NCBI GenBank assembly: GCA_017441765.1
Contig: JAFRVK010000030.1
Span: 21,778-85,777, forward strand
Length of the DNA stretch: 64,000 nucleotides
Direction: 5' to 3'
From: Erysipelotrichaceae bacterium
GTDB lineage: Bacteria; Bacillota_I; Bacilli_A; Erysipelotrichales; Erysipelotrichaceae
In this document: positions 29,208 through 38,719 of the stretch, in pieces
Position numbering within the stretch: position 1 is the stretch's first letter
Layout of the letters: each line of letters opens with the position of its first letter
Program-made: the position numbers and the translations under genes
The notes under the pieces: generated by a model
The model's input: only the letters and a program-made list of their open reading frames with translations
Database searches by the model: none
What the model was told of the DNA's origin: nothing

Positions 29208-30863
29208 ATGAACAGCAAGTCCACGAAATACTTCGATGTCTGGAAACTGGTCTCGCTGGCCATTCTTTTCCTGTACATCCTGTTCCTGCTGTATCCGCTG
29301 TTTAAGCTGCTGCAGAACGCGTTCTTTACCAGTGAAGGTCATTTCACGCTGGAACAGTTCCAGGCGTTCTTCTCGCAGTCTTATTACGTTGAATCCATCT
29401 TCAACAGCTTGAAGGTTTCCGCGCTGGCGACACTGCTTACACTGATTATCGGTATTCCTCTGGCATACTTCTACCAGATGTATGAGATCAAGGGTAAGAC
29501 AGTACTGCAGGTGCTGATCATCCTCTGCTCCATGTCTGCGCCGTTTATCGGTGCCTACTCCTGGATCATGCTGCTGGGAAGAGGCGGTATCATCACGAAA
29601 TTCATCGAGAGCATCATTCAGAGACAGATGCCAAGCATCTATGGCTTCAATGGCATCCTGCTGGTACTGGCGCTGCAGCTGTTCCCGCTGGTCTTCCTCT
29701 ATGTCTCAGGTGCGCTGAAGAATATCGATAACTCCCTGCTCGAAGCTGCCGAAAACATGGGCTGCTCCGGTGTGAAACGTTTCTTCAAGATCGTCATCCC
29801 GCTGTGCATGCCGACGATCATCGCCGCGACACTGATGGTGTTCATGCGTGCATTTGCGGATTTCGGTACGCCACTGCTGATTGGTGAAGGCTATCAGACC
29901 TTCCCGGTCATCATCTACAAGACGTATTTTGCGGAGACCGGTTCCGACCACAATTTCGGTGCGGCGATTTCCGTTATCGCCATCGTCATTACCGCGGTCA
30001 TCTTCCTGATCCAGCGATACGTCAACAACCAGTTCCGTTTCACGATGAATGCGATGCATTCCATTGAAAGAAAGGAACTCCATGGCCTGAAATCGGTCCT
30101 GGTGCATTTCTACTGCTGGTTCGTCGTGCTGCTGGCGTTCATGCCGCAGATCTATGTCATCTATACGTCATTCCAGAAGACTTCAGGCAAGATCTTCCTG
30201 CCTGGATATTCCCTGGATTCATACCGTTTCGCGTTCTCGCATCTGAAGAATGCGATTCCGAATACGTTCCTGATCGGCGGTCTGGCCCTGATCGTGGTCA
30301 TCCTGCTGGCGATCCTGATCGCTTACCTGGTGGTCAGAAGAAGCAACGTTATCAACAAGATCATCGATACCCTGTCCATGGTTCCGTACATCATTCCGGG
30401 TTCCGTTGTCGGTATCGCATTGCTGATGGCGTTCAATAAGAAACCGCTGGTACTCGCCGGTACGGTCACGATCATGATCATCGCACTGGTCATCCGTCGT
30501 ATCCCTTATACCATCCGTTCCTCGACTGCGACTCTGCAGCAGATCCCGATGTCGATCGAAGAAGCAGCGATCTCGCTTGGTTCTTCCAAACTGAAAGCGT
30601 TCTTTACGATCACAGTTCCGATGATGGCGAACGGTATCCTATCGGGTGCGATCATGTCTTGGGTCACGATCATTACCGAACTGTCTACGGCGATCATCCT
30701 GTACAACCTGAAGACGATCACGCTGACGCTGGCTACCTATACGTATGTCTCAAGAGGCAACTACGGCATCGCTGCGGCTTATGCGACGATCCTGACGGTA
30801 GCAACGGTACTGTCACTGCTGATCTACATGAAAGTCACAGGAAACAAGGAAATTTCGTTCTAG
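29208..30863 (+). CDS. ABC transporter permease, duplicated (two-module) FbpB/ThiP-like
   Basis: A 551-aa protein with two EAA-type loops (LLEAAENMGCSGVKRFFKIVIP and IEEAAISLGSSKLKAFFTITVP). Confidence 0.9.
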   Translation: MNSKSTKYFDVWKLVSLAILFLYILFLLYPLFKLLQNAFFTSEGHFTLEQFQAFFSQSYYVESIFNSLKVSALATLLTLIIGIPLAYFYQMYEIKGKTVLQVLIILCSMSAPFIGAYSWIMLLGRGGIITKFIESIIQRQMPSIYGFNGILLVLALQLFPLVFLYVSGALKNIDNSLLEAAENMGCSGVKRFFKIVIPLCMPTIIAATLMVFMRAFADFGTPLLIGEGYQTFPVIIYKTYFAETGSDHNFGAAISVIAIVITAVIFLIQRYVNNQFRFTMNAMHSIERKELHGLKSVLVHFYCWFVVLLAFMPQIYVIYTSFQKTSGKIFLPGYSLDSYRFAFSHLKNAIPNTFLIGGLALIVVILLAILIAYLVVRRSNVINKIIDTLSMVPYIIPGSVVGIALLMAFNKKPLVLAGTVTIMIIALVIRRIPYTIRSSTATLQQIPMSIEEAAISLGSSKLKAFFTITVPMMANGILSGAIMSWVTIITELSTAIILYNLKTITLTLATYTYVSRGNYGIAAAYATILTVATVLSLLIYMKVTGNKEISF

Positions 30864-30890
30864 ATCAGAAACAGAATTAACTGATGTTAT

Positions 30891-30921
30891 AACCCTCCCT
30901 GTAAAAACAAGGAGGGTTTTT
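30891..30921 (+). terminator. Intrinsic terminator after the ABC permease
   Basis: AACCCTCC-(12 nt)-GGAGGGTT followed by TTT. Confidence 0.7.
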
Positions 30922-30926
30922 AAATA

Positions 30927-30962
30927 CAAAAAAAGTCATGAGCACATCTGTTCATGACTTTT
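30927..30962 (-). terminator. Intrinsic terminator of the Hsp70-like operon
   Basis: On the minus strand, AAGTCATGA-(10 nt)-TCATGACTT is followed by TTTTTTT. Confidence 0.7.
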
Positions 30963-30984
30963 GATCTATCCTGTTATAACGAAA

Positions 30985-32904
30985 TCATCCCAACGGAATC
31001 TCTACGACCTCTGCCATCTTGGCAAGACAGCTTTCGATCTGGACAGAGATCTCTTTCGCCAGACGCTGACTGATCTCCTGGCTCTTCTCCTGTTCCAGCT
31101 TTTCATAGAGATTGTCTTTGACCTGTTTGGAAATGTAGTCGATCCTGGCTTTCAGATAGCTTTTCGGAATGACTTTCCTGACAGGATTCGGAATATTGGA
31201 ATTGAGAAGCATCTCCTGCATCTTGTCCTTGCCCAATGCCAGGATCAGCAGCGATACCACGGCGCCTGCAACGATACCGGGCAGGCCGTTGGCGATCAGC
31301 GCGATTCCTCCTCCTCCGCAGAGAAGACCTACAACGATGGAGATCGTTGCATCGATCAGCCAGGTGATCTCTTTGACCGCAAACAGATTCTTCGCTTCGA
31401 CATTGATCTCGATATCACTCATCGACAGGAAGGAATTCAGAGACAGAGAAGAATACGGTACGTTGTGTCTCACACAGATCGGCATCGTATGTTCCTCAAG
31501 TTCAAAGGAGACGGTCTTCAGCCACTTGGCGACAGGCCGCATCAGCAGTGCTCTTGCTTCGTTGGTATGCAGCCAGGTATCGATCTCCGACTGCATGACA
31601 GGGTCGATGTCTGAGAGCTTCTCGATCTCGCCATTGCGCCATCTCTCACTGATCGGCAGAGCGACATGTTCCAGGATCGGTTCCACCATCGTCTCTACCG
31701 CATCGTGATAGAGTTCGCTGATATGTTTCTCAACGATCTGCTCTACCGTACTGGAATCGATGAGGGCGCTGACTTCTTCTCTGAATCCTTTCAGTTCATC
31801 ATCGATCTTGCCGCACCATGCCAGACCGGAAGCGACAGAGAATTCCGGTTCCGCGCAGGTGATGACCACGGAGTTTTCAAACACCTCCTGGCACCAGCTG
31901 CGGATGATCGCCATCTTGGAGACTCCTCCGGTCAGAAAGACCAGTTCAGGCTGTTTTTCCTTGATGGAAGATTTCGCCTGGATCAGGCTTTCCATAAAGA
32001 CTTCCTTGAAGGATCTGTCGGACAGCCGTTCGACTTTCCGGTTCAGCAGCTGGTCTGCGATCTTCGGGTCGATCTTCAGTATCAGTTTTACCGGAATCAG
32101 ACCCTGGCGGATGGATACGGACTGGCTGCATTCGTTCCTGCTCCAGTATTCTTCATCGGAGAAATATTTTTCTTTCAGTCTTCTTGCGGCAAAATCGCAG
32201 TAGCTTCGCCATGCTTCGCTTTCTTCGAAGATCTTGCGGATCTTGCTTTCATTCGGCGACGCTTTCAGGGATTCTTCCAGCAGGATCTCATCCATCACGC
32301 CGCCGCCCAGGAAGACTTCTCCACCTGTCTTGAGTTCCACTTCTTTTCCGCCCATGAGATAGGCAAAGTCGGTCGTGGAAGAACCGATATCGATGACCAG
32401 GACCGGCTTGTTGAGGATATCGTAACCGACCTGAAGATGCTTGGACTGGCAAGCGGATACCAGGGCGGCTCTGGATTCGGAGATGATCTTCACCGGAGGA
32501 TATCCCGTCTTCTCAAAGATGCTGCGGTATTCTTCGCGGGCGATCTTGTCCCAGCCTGCCGGACAGCCGATATAGAAGCAGCAGTCGTCTCCCTTGATCA
32601 CATCGCCATTCAGATACAGCTCTCCCAGTACGCCTGAGGCAAAGCTTTTCACATCCTTGGCTGCTTCAGGATCAGTCAGGAAACGGCTTTTGAACCGTTC
32701 CTTCCTTTTCGTCGCGTCCGGCGCGTAGCAGGCACCTTCGCCGATCAGAAGCTTTCCGTCCCGAAGCAGGGCATAGGCCGTAATAAAACTCCTGGCTTCA
32801 TTGATCTGAAGCACGACAGGTGTCAGATCTTTTGTCTTATCAAACCGGGTGACTGCACTTTCCGCATCACCCAAATCAAACCCATAAAAGCGATCCATAG
32901 TCAT
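30985..32904 (-). CDS. Hsp70/actin-fold (ASKHA) ATPase with C-terminal helical region containing a hydrophobic membrane hairpin; no Hsp70 substrate-binding domain
   Basis: Motifs occur in order: FDLGDAES, ISESRAALVS, VIDIGSSTTDF, LGGGVMDE, FLTGGVSKM, EPEFSVASGLAW. Hydrophobic stretch IVVGLLCGGGGIALIANGLPGIVAGAVVSLLILALG. ATGA overlap with the upstream gene. Alternative start ATG at 32898 has better AGGAG spacing. Confidence 0.8.
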   Translation of the reverse strand: MTMDRFYGFDLGDAESAVTRFDKTKDLTPVVLQINEARSFITAYALLRDGKLLIGEGACYAPDATKRKERFKSRFLTDPEAAKDVKSFASGVLGELYLNGDVIKGDDCCFYIGCPAGWDKIAREEYRSIFEKTGYPPVKIISESRAALVSACQSKHLQVGYDILNKPVLVIDIGSSTTDFAYLMGGKEVELKTGGEVFLGGGVMDEILLEESLKASPNESKIRKIFEESEAWRSYCDFAARRLKEKYFSDEEYWSRNECSQSVSIRQGLIPVKLILKIDPKIADQLLNRKVERLSDRSFKEVFMESLIQAKSSIKEKQPELVFLTGGVSKMAIIRSWCQEVFENSVVITCAEPEFSVASGLAWCGKIDDELKGFREEVSALIDSSTVEQIVEKHISELYHDAVETMVEPILEHVALPISERWRNGEIEKLSDIDPVMQSEIDTWLHTNEARALLMRPVAKWLKTVSFELEEHTMPICVRHNVPYSSLSLNSFLSMSDIEINVEAKNLFAVKEITWLIDATISIVVGLLCGGGGIALIANGLPGIVAGAVVSLLILALGKDKMQEMLLNSNIPNPVRKVIPKSYLKARIDYISKQVKDNLYEKLEQEKSQEISQRLAKEISVQIESCLAKMAEVVEIPLG

Positions 32905-33773
32905 TCTCCTGCCGCCAGGCCTTTGCGCAGTACGCTGCCTGCGATCACCAGAGCGGGTCGTATCGTTCCCGGACTTTCCGAAGGCATCAGTTCAAAGAAG
33001 TCCCGATTGCTTCCGTCATAATCCACAACATCGATATTCTTGCGGTGCAGATAGAATTTCAGTTCGGAAACAATCTGCTTGCCGTATTCGTTGTTTTCGC
33101 CATATGCGGATTCCAGAAGATCGGAAAGAAGCTGCAGATCTTCCTTTTTCAGACTGTCTTTTTCTTCCAGAAGCGCTTTCTTCTCTTCCAGCAGTTCTTC
33201 ATTCCTGATCTGTTCCAGGATCCGATCCATCGTCAGCACGCTGTTGAGAAGGATGTGATATGTTTTTTCTCCATCGGGGATCGTTTCGGCATAGAGTTCC
33301 TGCTTGTTTTCTTCCTTCTTTCTGGCGGAAAAGATACCGGAAAGGAAGAGGAAGAACGCCGCAGCTGCCGCAGCTGCCAGCCCGATGATCATCTCGTTGC
33401 TCGGCGGGATGGAATCGGTCAGATAGACCAGTTCCGCACCTGCTCCGGCAAGAGCCAGGATGCCAAGAAACAGGAATATCCCGAACCACGCTGATTTTTT
33501 CGGCTTGCTGATACCGGGACGGTACTGCGATTTCGACCAGATGGTCGATTCTCCGTCGCAGTTCAAAAAACCGGCAGAAGAAGTCAGCGATTCGATCAGA
33601 AACACCGCGGTATTCCTGATGCGTTCGTTTTCTTCTTTTTCATTGTACGCGGACAGGATACGGCTGAACTGTTCTTCTACGGTCGCAACCGATTCTGCCG
33701 ACGATTTTGCGGCTGCCATATTATTCAGAAAACGTTCTTTGTCTTTTTCAAGAAGTGCCTGCATCGTTGCCAT
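32901..33773 (-). CDS. 2-TM membrane protein with coiled coil and GrpE-like C-terminal region (tentative)
   Basis: AGGAGG SD. TM helices WFGIFLFLGILALAGAGA and IIGLAAAAAAAFFLFLSGIF. The C-terminus LLSDLLESAY...VVDYDGSNRDFFELM...PGTIRPALV...VLRKGLA follows the GrpE C-terminal pattern by eye. Confidence 0.65.
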   Translation of the reverse strand: MATMQALLEKDKERFLNNMAAAKSSAESVATVEEQFSRILSAYNEKEENERIRNTAVFLIESLTSSAGFLNCDGESTIWSKSQYRPGISKPKKSAWFGIFLFLGILALAGAGAELVYLTDSIPPSNEMIIGLAAAAAAAFFLFLSGIFSARKKEENKQELYAETIPDGEKTYHILLNSVLTMDRILEQIRNEELLEEKKALLEEKDSLKKEDLQLLSDLLESAYGENNEYGKQIVSELKFYLHRKNIDVVDYDGSNRDFFELMPSESPGTIRPALVIAGSVLRKGLAAGE

Positions 33774-33797
33774 AAAGCTACTCCTCCTATTAATTGC

Positions 33798-33806
33798 ATT
33801 CTAGCA
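33798..33806 (-). promoter_or_regulatory. Extended -10 (TGcTAGAAT) for the Hsp70-like operon
   Basis: The minus strand reads TGCTAGAAT about 24 nt upstream of the AGGAGG-ATG of the 290-aa gene. Confidence 0.45.
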
Positions 33807-33835
33807 TAAACTCGTTCAGTTCTCATCTTGCAGGG

Positions 33836-33866
33836 ATAAAAAAAGATCCTCGTTTTGAGGATCTTC
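33836..33866 (-). terminator. Intrinsic terminator of rpsD
   Basis: On the minus strand, AAGATCCTC-aaaac-GAGGATCTT is followed by TTTTTTTAT. Confidence 0.8.
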
Positions 33867-33874
33867 CGGTCTCA

Positions 33875-34483
33875 CTACCTGTTGTAGTATTCGATGACCA
33901 GCAGTTCGTTGATGTCCTGGCTGAGTTCTTTTCTTTCAGGATATCTGACATACTTGCCTTTGCGGGCATCCTTGTCGACTTCAACGAAATCCTTGGTCGA
34001 GACGTTAGCTTCCAGCGACTGACCGACTAAGACATTGTTCTTGTAGTTGTCTTTGATCTCGATCACAGAACCCGGCTTGATCTGAGCGGAAGGAATATCG
34101 ACCTTCTTGCCATCGACCAGTACGTGTCCGTGGTTGACGATCTGTCTCGCCTGTTTTCTTGTGCTGGCGAAGCCCATACGGTAGACCAGATTGTCCAGTC
34201 TTGATTCCAGCATGGTGAACAGGATCGTGCCTGTGACACCTTTGGAACGTACGGCTTTCACGAAAGTGTTATAGAACTGTTTTTCGCTTAATCCGTACAG
34301 ATGTCTCATCTTCTGCTTCTCAGCTTTCTGCAGACCATAGTTGGACTGTTTCGCTCTTCTTGCAGTCGGTGAGCCGTGCTGGCCCGGGATGTAAGGGCGT
34401 TTCGCTAATTCTTGTCCTGTTTCAAGAACAGAGAAGTTTAAACGTCTGCTGATTCTCCAAGTAGGACCTGTATTTCTTGCCAT
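33875..34483 (-). CDS. rpsD: 30S ribosomal protein S4
   Basis: MARNTGPTWRISRRLNFS...PGQHG and an S4 RNA-binding domain. Length 202 aa. Confidence 0.97.
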   Translation of the reverse strand: MARNTGPTWRISRRLNFSVLETGQELAKRPYIPGQHGSPTARRAKQSNYGLQKAEKQKMRHLYGLSEKQFYNTFVKAVRSKGVTGTILFTMLESRLDNLVYRMGFASTRKQARQIVNHGHVLVDGKKVDIPSAQIKPGSVIEIKDNYKNNVLVGQSLEANVSTKDFVEVDKDARKGKYVRYPERKELSQDINELLVIEYYNR

Positions 34484-34642
34484 AAGTCATTTCCTCCTTA
34501 AGTAAGTACAGGTGTAAATCATTACCGGGGGTGTTGGTATGCGATTTTCAGCAATAGCGCCTGCCTACTCGTCTCCTGTGGTATCAACGCCTTACCGATA
34601 ACTTTACATGCTGCTATGATTATGTGCTTTACTATTATCCCA
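34484..34642 (-). promoter_or_regulatory. rpsD promoter (TGgGATAAT, comp 34634-34642) and ~144-nt 5' leader, a candidate S4 autoregulatory element
   Basis: Long untranslated leader ending in AAGGAGG. S4 is known to autoregulate through its leader in Bacillus. The structure was not verified here. Confidence 0.4.
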
Positions 34643-34662
34643 AATAGGGCCACCAAAGTCAA

Positions 34663-34691
34663 TTGAAAAAAGACTATTTAAATAGTAAAAT
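34663..34691 (+). promoter_or_regulatory. ezrA promoter TTGAAA-17-TAAAAT, 8 nt from the ATG
   Basis: -35 at 34663-34668 and -10 at 34686-34691. No SD in GATTCTGT before ATG 34700. Confidence 0.55.
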
Positions 34692-34699
34692 GATTCTGT

Positions 34700-36427
34700 A
34701 TGAGAGAAAAAATCTTGAATTTTATCATCAATTATAAATTATACGTCATCATCGCTGCTGCAGCGCTGGTGTTTCTGATCGTTCTGCTTGTTCTGATCAA
34801 GAAAGCACATAAGAAAAAGCTCAGAAAGACACTGGATGATCTCTATGTACGTTTCAACGATGTCAAGACCGTACCGATCGCCTTCAAGCTGAACAAGGCA
34901 CAGATCATGGCCAAACGCAACAAGGAAACGATGGAACAGGTGTCGCAGTACTACCAGAAGTATGAGGATGCCGAGAAGCATATCACGCAGGTGCAGGATC
35001 TTCTGAACGAAGTGGATGACTCGCTTGGCAACGTCAGCTACAAGGAAGCAAAGAACGGTCTGCGTATTGCCGCTGAAAACCTGGCGGATTGCGAAAAAGA
35101 GATCAAAGCCATCGACAGTTTCCTGGAAGCGTTCTCCAAGAAGGAGGATGAACAGCGCGACTTCTCCATCAAACTGAAAGAGAAATACCGTGTCGTCAAA
35201 GCGACCATCGACAAGAATTCCCAGCTGCTGTCGATCGCCTATGAAGGCTTTGTGAACAAACTGAAAGAATGTGAAGAACTGTTCTCCGCTTCGGAAGATG
35301 CGATGATGTCTTCCGAATACGGACTGGCACAGGATGATCTGGAAAAGATCGATCATATCCTCAATGAGATCAAGACCAACGCGAATGCCGTTCCTACCCT
35401 GGTCAAGGATACCAAAGGCGTTTTGCCGCTGATGCTGGATGAGACGAAACGCGAACTGGCTCTGACCCAGCAAAGAGGCATCTATCTCGATCATCTGAAG
35501 ATCGAAGACAGGATCGAAGAGATCGAACGTTCCCTCAACAACGACATCAAGAGCATCATGGAGGCGGATACCCAGGGGATCAGGAACAATGTCGCCAGAG
35601 CAAAGGAACAGATCAACGAACTGAATGAGCAGCTCTCCAGTGAGAACCGGGCATTCAAGCAGGCCAAGGAAACCAATGACAAGGCCTATGAACATCTCGC
35701 AGACATGGAGAAGGTCGAGAACTATGTCCGTGTCGCTTACGAGAAGGATTCCAGCCGTTACGGACTGAGTATCGTCTCGGATACCCTGGATCAGCTGAAG
35801 GAGAATATCGTGGCCTACCGTCAGGAGTATCAGAATATTTCTGCCGATCTGAGTACAGCGGACCGTCCTTCGACGGAACTGCTGGCTGCTGCCGATGATC
35901 TCTATCAGCATATCGAGGACGACAAGAAGGCCCTGTATGCCTATAAGAGCATCATCGATAAATCGACGGATGGCGAACAGCGGGCGATCTCTCAGCTGAC
36001 GAAACTGCAGCTGGTCGTGTGCGAAGTCGAAGCCAAGCTGGCAGAATATTCTCTGCCTGCGATCGATGAATCCTACAAGGATGATCTCTACAGAGCGCAC
36101 GACTATATCGAGAAGCTTCGCAATGAACTGTCGGTCATTCCGATCGATGTTGATAAGCTGAATGAGCTTCTATCGGAAGCGATCGATTTCATCTACAAGT
36201 TCTACAACAATATCAACAATGTCGTTGGCATGGGTGTCATGGTGGAGAATGCGATCGTATTCGGCAACCGTTACCGTTCCACCTATCCGGAGATCGACAG
36301 GGAACTTTCCAAAGCGGAATTCCAGTATTTCAATGGTGAATATACGAAAGCTCTGAAGACGGCGATCACCTGTATGGAGACGCTGTTCCCGGAAAGCATC
36401 GATGAAAAGATCATGGAGAATGCCTGA
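34700..36427 (+). CDS. ezrA: Septation ring formation regulator EzrA
   Basis: Single N-terminal TM followed by ~540 aa of coiled-coil repeats. Conserved position upstream of nifZ-thiI. Confidence 0.85.
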   Translation: MREKILNFIINYKLYVIIAAAALVFLIVLLVLIKKAHKKKLRKTLDDLYVRFNDVKTVPIAFKLNKAQIMAKRNKETMEQVSQYYQKYEDAEKHITQVQDLLNEVDDSLGNVSYKEAKNGLRIAAENLADCEKEIKAIDSFLEAFSKKEDEQRDFSIKLKEKYRVVKATIDKNSQLLSIAYEGFVNKLKECEELFSASEDAMMSSEYGLAQDDLEKIDHILNEIKTNANAVPTLVKDTKGVLPLMLDETKRELALTQQRGIYLDHLKIEDRIEEIERSLNNDIKSIMEADTQGIRNNVARAKEQINELNEQLSSENRAFKQAKETNDKAYEHLADMEKVENYVRVAYEKDSSRYGLSIVSDTLDQLKENIVAYRQEYQNISADLSTADRPSTELLAAADDLYQHIEDDKKALYAYKSIIDKSTDGEQRAISQLTKLQLVVCEVEAKLAEYSLPAIDESYKDDLYRAHDYIEKLRNELSVIPIDVDKLNELLSEAIDFIYKFYNNINNVVGMGVMVENAIVFGNRYRSTYPEIDRELSKAEFQYFNGEYTKALKTAITCMETLFPESIDEKIMENA

Positions 36428-37530
36428 TGAAGATCTATCTTGATGCAGTCTCGACGACGGCTCTTGATCCTGAAGTCAGAGAGACCTACGTGAGACTCCT
36501 CAATGAATACTACTGCAATAGCGATGCCTTATATGACGATGGCGTCGCTATTTATGATATGCAGGAAAAGGCCCGTGCACATATCCTGGAGGCCCTGAAA
36601 CTCAGAGATAAGGACCTGATCTTTACTTCCGGAGCTTCGGAAGCGAATTCTCTGGCCATCAAAGGCTACTGTCTCAAACAGAAGGAAAAGAAGCATGTGA
36701 TCACTTCCTACTACGAGCATTCTTCCGTATACAATGCCTTCAGGCAGCTGGAGGAACAGTTCGGTTTCGATGTGACCTATCTGATGCCGGACGAGGAAGG
36801 ACATATCACGGCAGAAGCCGTGGGGAACGCGTTACGGAATGATACCTGTCTTGTGAGCATCATGGCGGTAAACAATGAGATCGGCGCGATCAACGATATT
36901 GCTGAGATCGCCAGGACCGTAAAGAAGCATCCCGGGACTCTGTTCCATACCGATATCACTCAGGCCATCGGCAAGATCCCGCTGGATCTCAAAGATGCAG
37001 ATATGGCTTCGTTCTCTGCCCACAAGATCCATGGACTCAAGGGAAGCGGAGCTCTGATCAAGAAGAGCTATATCGAACTGCTTCCGCAGATTTCCGGAGG
37101 ACAGCAGGAGTATTCCATGCGCGGAGGCACGTCCAACGCCCTGGTCAACATCGTACTGGCCAAGACCGTACGTCTGGCTCTGGAACATCAGCAGAGAGAT
37201 CAGGAAAAGCTGCTGAAGATGCACGATCATCTCATCGAAGGATTCCCCGAACAGGTCTCGATCAACTATGACAGAGGTGTCATTACCCTGGTCAATGTCT
37301 CGACTCCGATCCCTTCAGAAGTATTGCTGAATGCTTTGAACAAAGAAGGGATCATGGTTTCCAGCAAGTCCACGTGCGGATCAAGAAAGAACGAACTCAA
37401 CCGCAGCCTCTCCAGTATGAATTTCGATGAGGATCACGCGATAAGGATCTCCTTCGATCACACGAATACGATCGAAGAACTGGATCGTTTCAATCAATGT
37501 CTTAAGGAGATAATAAAGAAATATGCCTGA
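36427..37530 (+). CDS. nifZ: Cysteine desulfurase (class V aminotransferase, NifZ/IscS-like)
   Basis: PLP-Lys motif SFSAHKIHGLKG. TGATG overlap with ezrA and adjacency to thiI. Confidence 0.88.
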   Translation: MKIYLDAVSTTALDPEVRETYVRLLNEYYCNSDALYDDGVAIYDMQEKARAHILEALKLRDKDLIFTSGASEANSLAIKGYCLKQKEKKHVITSYYEHSSVYNAFRQLEEQFGFDVTYLMPDEEGHITAEAVGNALRNDTCLVSIMAVNNEIGAINDIAEIARTVKKHPGTLFHTDITQAIGKIPLDLKDADMASFSAHKIHGLKGSGALIKKSYIELLPQISGGQQEYSMRGGTSNALVNIVLAKTVRLALEHQQRDQEKLLKMHDHLIEGFPEQVSINYDRGVITLVNVSTPIPSEVLLNALNKEGIMVSSKSTCGSRKNELNRSLSSMNFDEDHAIRISFDHTNTIEELDRFNQCLKEIIKKYA

Positions 37531-38719
37531 TTATGATCATATCATCGTCCGTTATGGCGAATTGTCAACCAAAGGGAAGAACCGCAAAGAATTCACCAAA
37601 CGTCTGACGCAGAATATCCGTAACCATTTAAGCGAATATCATGGCCTGACATACAAGACTCTGCATGACGGTCTTTTCATCCGCCTCAATGGTGAAAACT
37701 ATGAAATGATAAGGGAGGATCTGAAACAGGTTTTCGGCTACAGCTATTTCCAGGGAGCCATCAAGGTCAAGAAGGATATCGATGAACTGAAGGACGTTTC
37801 TCTGAAACTTGTCAATATACATGATTCAAAAACGTTCAAGGTACAGACCAAGCGCCATGACAAGAGCTTTCCGATGCCTTCCGATGAGATCAACCGGGCT
37901 CTGGCGGGGAATATCCTGCACAACACGGAATATACCGTGGATGTCCATGAACCGGAAGTGATGCTGTATGTGACCGTGGATCAGGATTGCATCTATCTCT
38001 CCGATGAGAAGGTGAAGGGGATCGGTGGCTATCCGACCGGCATCAACGGGAAAGCGCTGCTTATGATGTCAGGCGGCATCGATTCTCCGGTCGCAGGCTA
38101 TATGACGATGAAGCGCGGCCTGAAGATCGAATGCATCCATTTCGCTTCGGAACCTTATACCTCGAAACAGGCGAAAGAGAAAGTGCTGACTCTGGCCAGA
38201 AAGCTCTCTGTCTATCAGGAAGAAGTCATCGTGCACATGATTCCTTTTACCCAGCTGCAGCTGGCGATCTATAAGCATGTCGATGAACCGTACTGTGTCA
38301 CGATCATGAGAAGGATGATGTACCGTATCGCTGATGCAGTCGCCAGGGAAAGAGACATCACGGTCATCACCAATGGTGAATCGATCGGACAGGTCGCCTC
38401 TCAGACTCCGGAATCGATCAGCGTCATCGCCAAAGTCTGTGATACCCTGATCCTGCGTCCTCTGTGCATGCAGGACAAGCTGGAAATCATCGCGATCGCC
38501 AAGAAGATCGATACCTATGAAACCAGCATCCTTCCTTATGAGGACTGTTGCACGATCTTTGACCCGAAGAACCCGGTCACCAAACCGAAAGAGAATAAAT
38601 GCCTGTATTATGAATCACTGTTTGATTATCTGGAACTGATCGATCAGTGTCTCAGAGAAAAAGAAATGGTCACTGTATCCTACAAAGACGGAGGCGATAT
38701 CGATGAATCGCTATTCTGA
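37523..38719 (+). CDS. thiI: tRNA 4-thiouridine synthase ThiI
   Basis: THUMP N-terminus (IVRYGELSTKGKNR) and PP-loop SGGIDSPVA. Confidence 0.92.
   Translation: MPDYDHIIVRYGELSTKGKNRKEFTKRLTQNIRNHLSEYHGLTYKTLHDGLFIRLNGENYEMIREDLKQVFGYSYFQGAIKVKKDIDELKDVSLKLVNIHDSKTFKVQTKRHDKSFPMPSDEINRALAGNILHNTEYTVDVHEPEVMLYVTVDQDCIYLSDEKVKGIGGYPTGINGKALLMMSGGIDSPVAGYMTMKRGLKIECIHFASEPYTSKQAKEKVLTLARKLSVYQEEVIVHMIPFTQLQLAIYKHVDEPYCVTIMRRMMYRIADAVARERDITVITNGESIGQVASQTPESISVIAKVCDTLILRPLCMQDKLEIIAIAKKIDTYETSILPYEDCCTIFDPKNPVTKPKENKCLYYESLFDYLELIDQCLREKEMVTVSYKDGGDIDESLF

Noticed and set aside
28212-29342. 376-aa ORF antisense to the ABC ATPase/permease junction
   Set aside because: Shadow ORF spanning two real genes. 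No motifs, and it crosses a sense-strand gene boundary.
30961-32637. Plus-strand ORFs (30961-31614, 31169-31708, 31666-32637) opposite the Hsp70-like gene
   Set aside because: Only the minus-strand frame shows ordered ASKHA motifs. The plus-strand translations are repetitive and low-complexity and lack SDs.
30985-32904. Could the Hsp70-fold protein simply be DnaK/HscA/HscC?
   Set aside because: It has no beta-sandwich substrate-binding domain and no EEVD or lid. It has a hydrophobic hairpin instead. No hrcA, dnaJ or isc genes are adjacent.
34739-36100. 453-aa ORF antisense to ezrA
   Set aside because: Same shadow-ORF phenomenon. The sense frame is a convincing EzrA (TM plus coiled coils, conserved synteny with nifZ-thiI).
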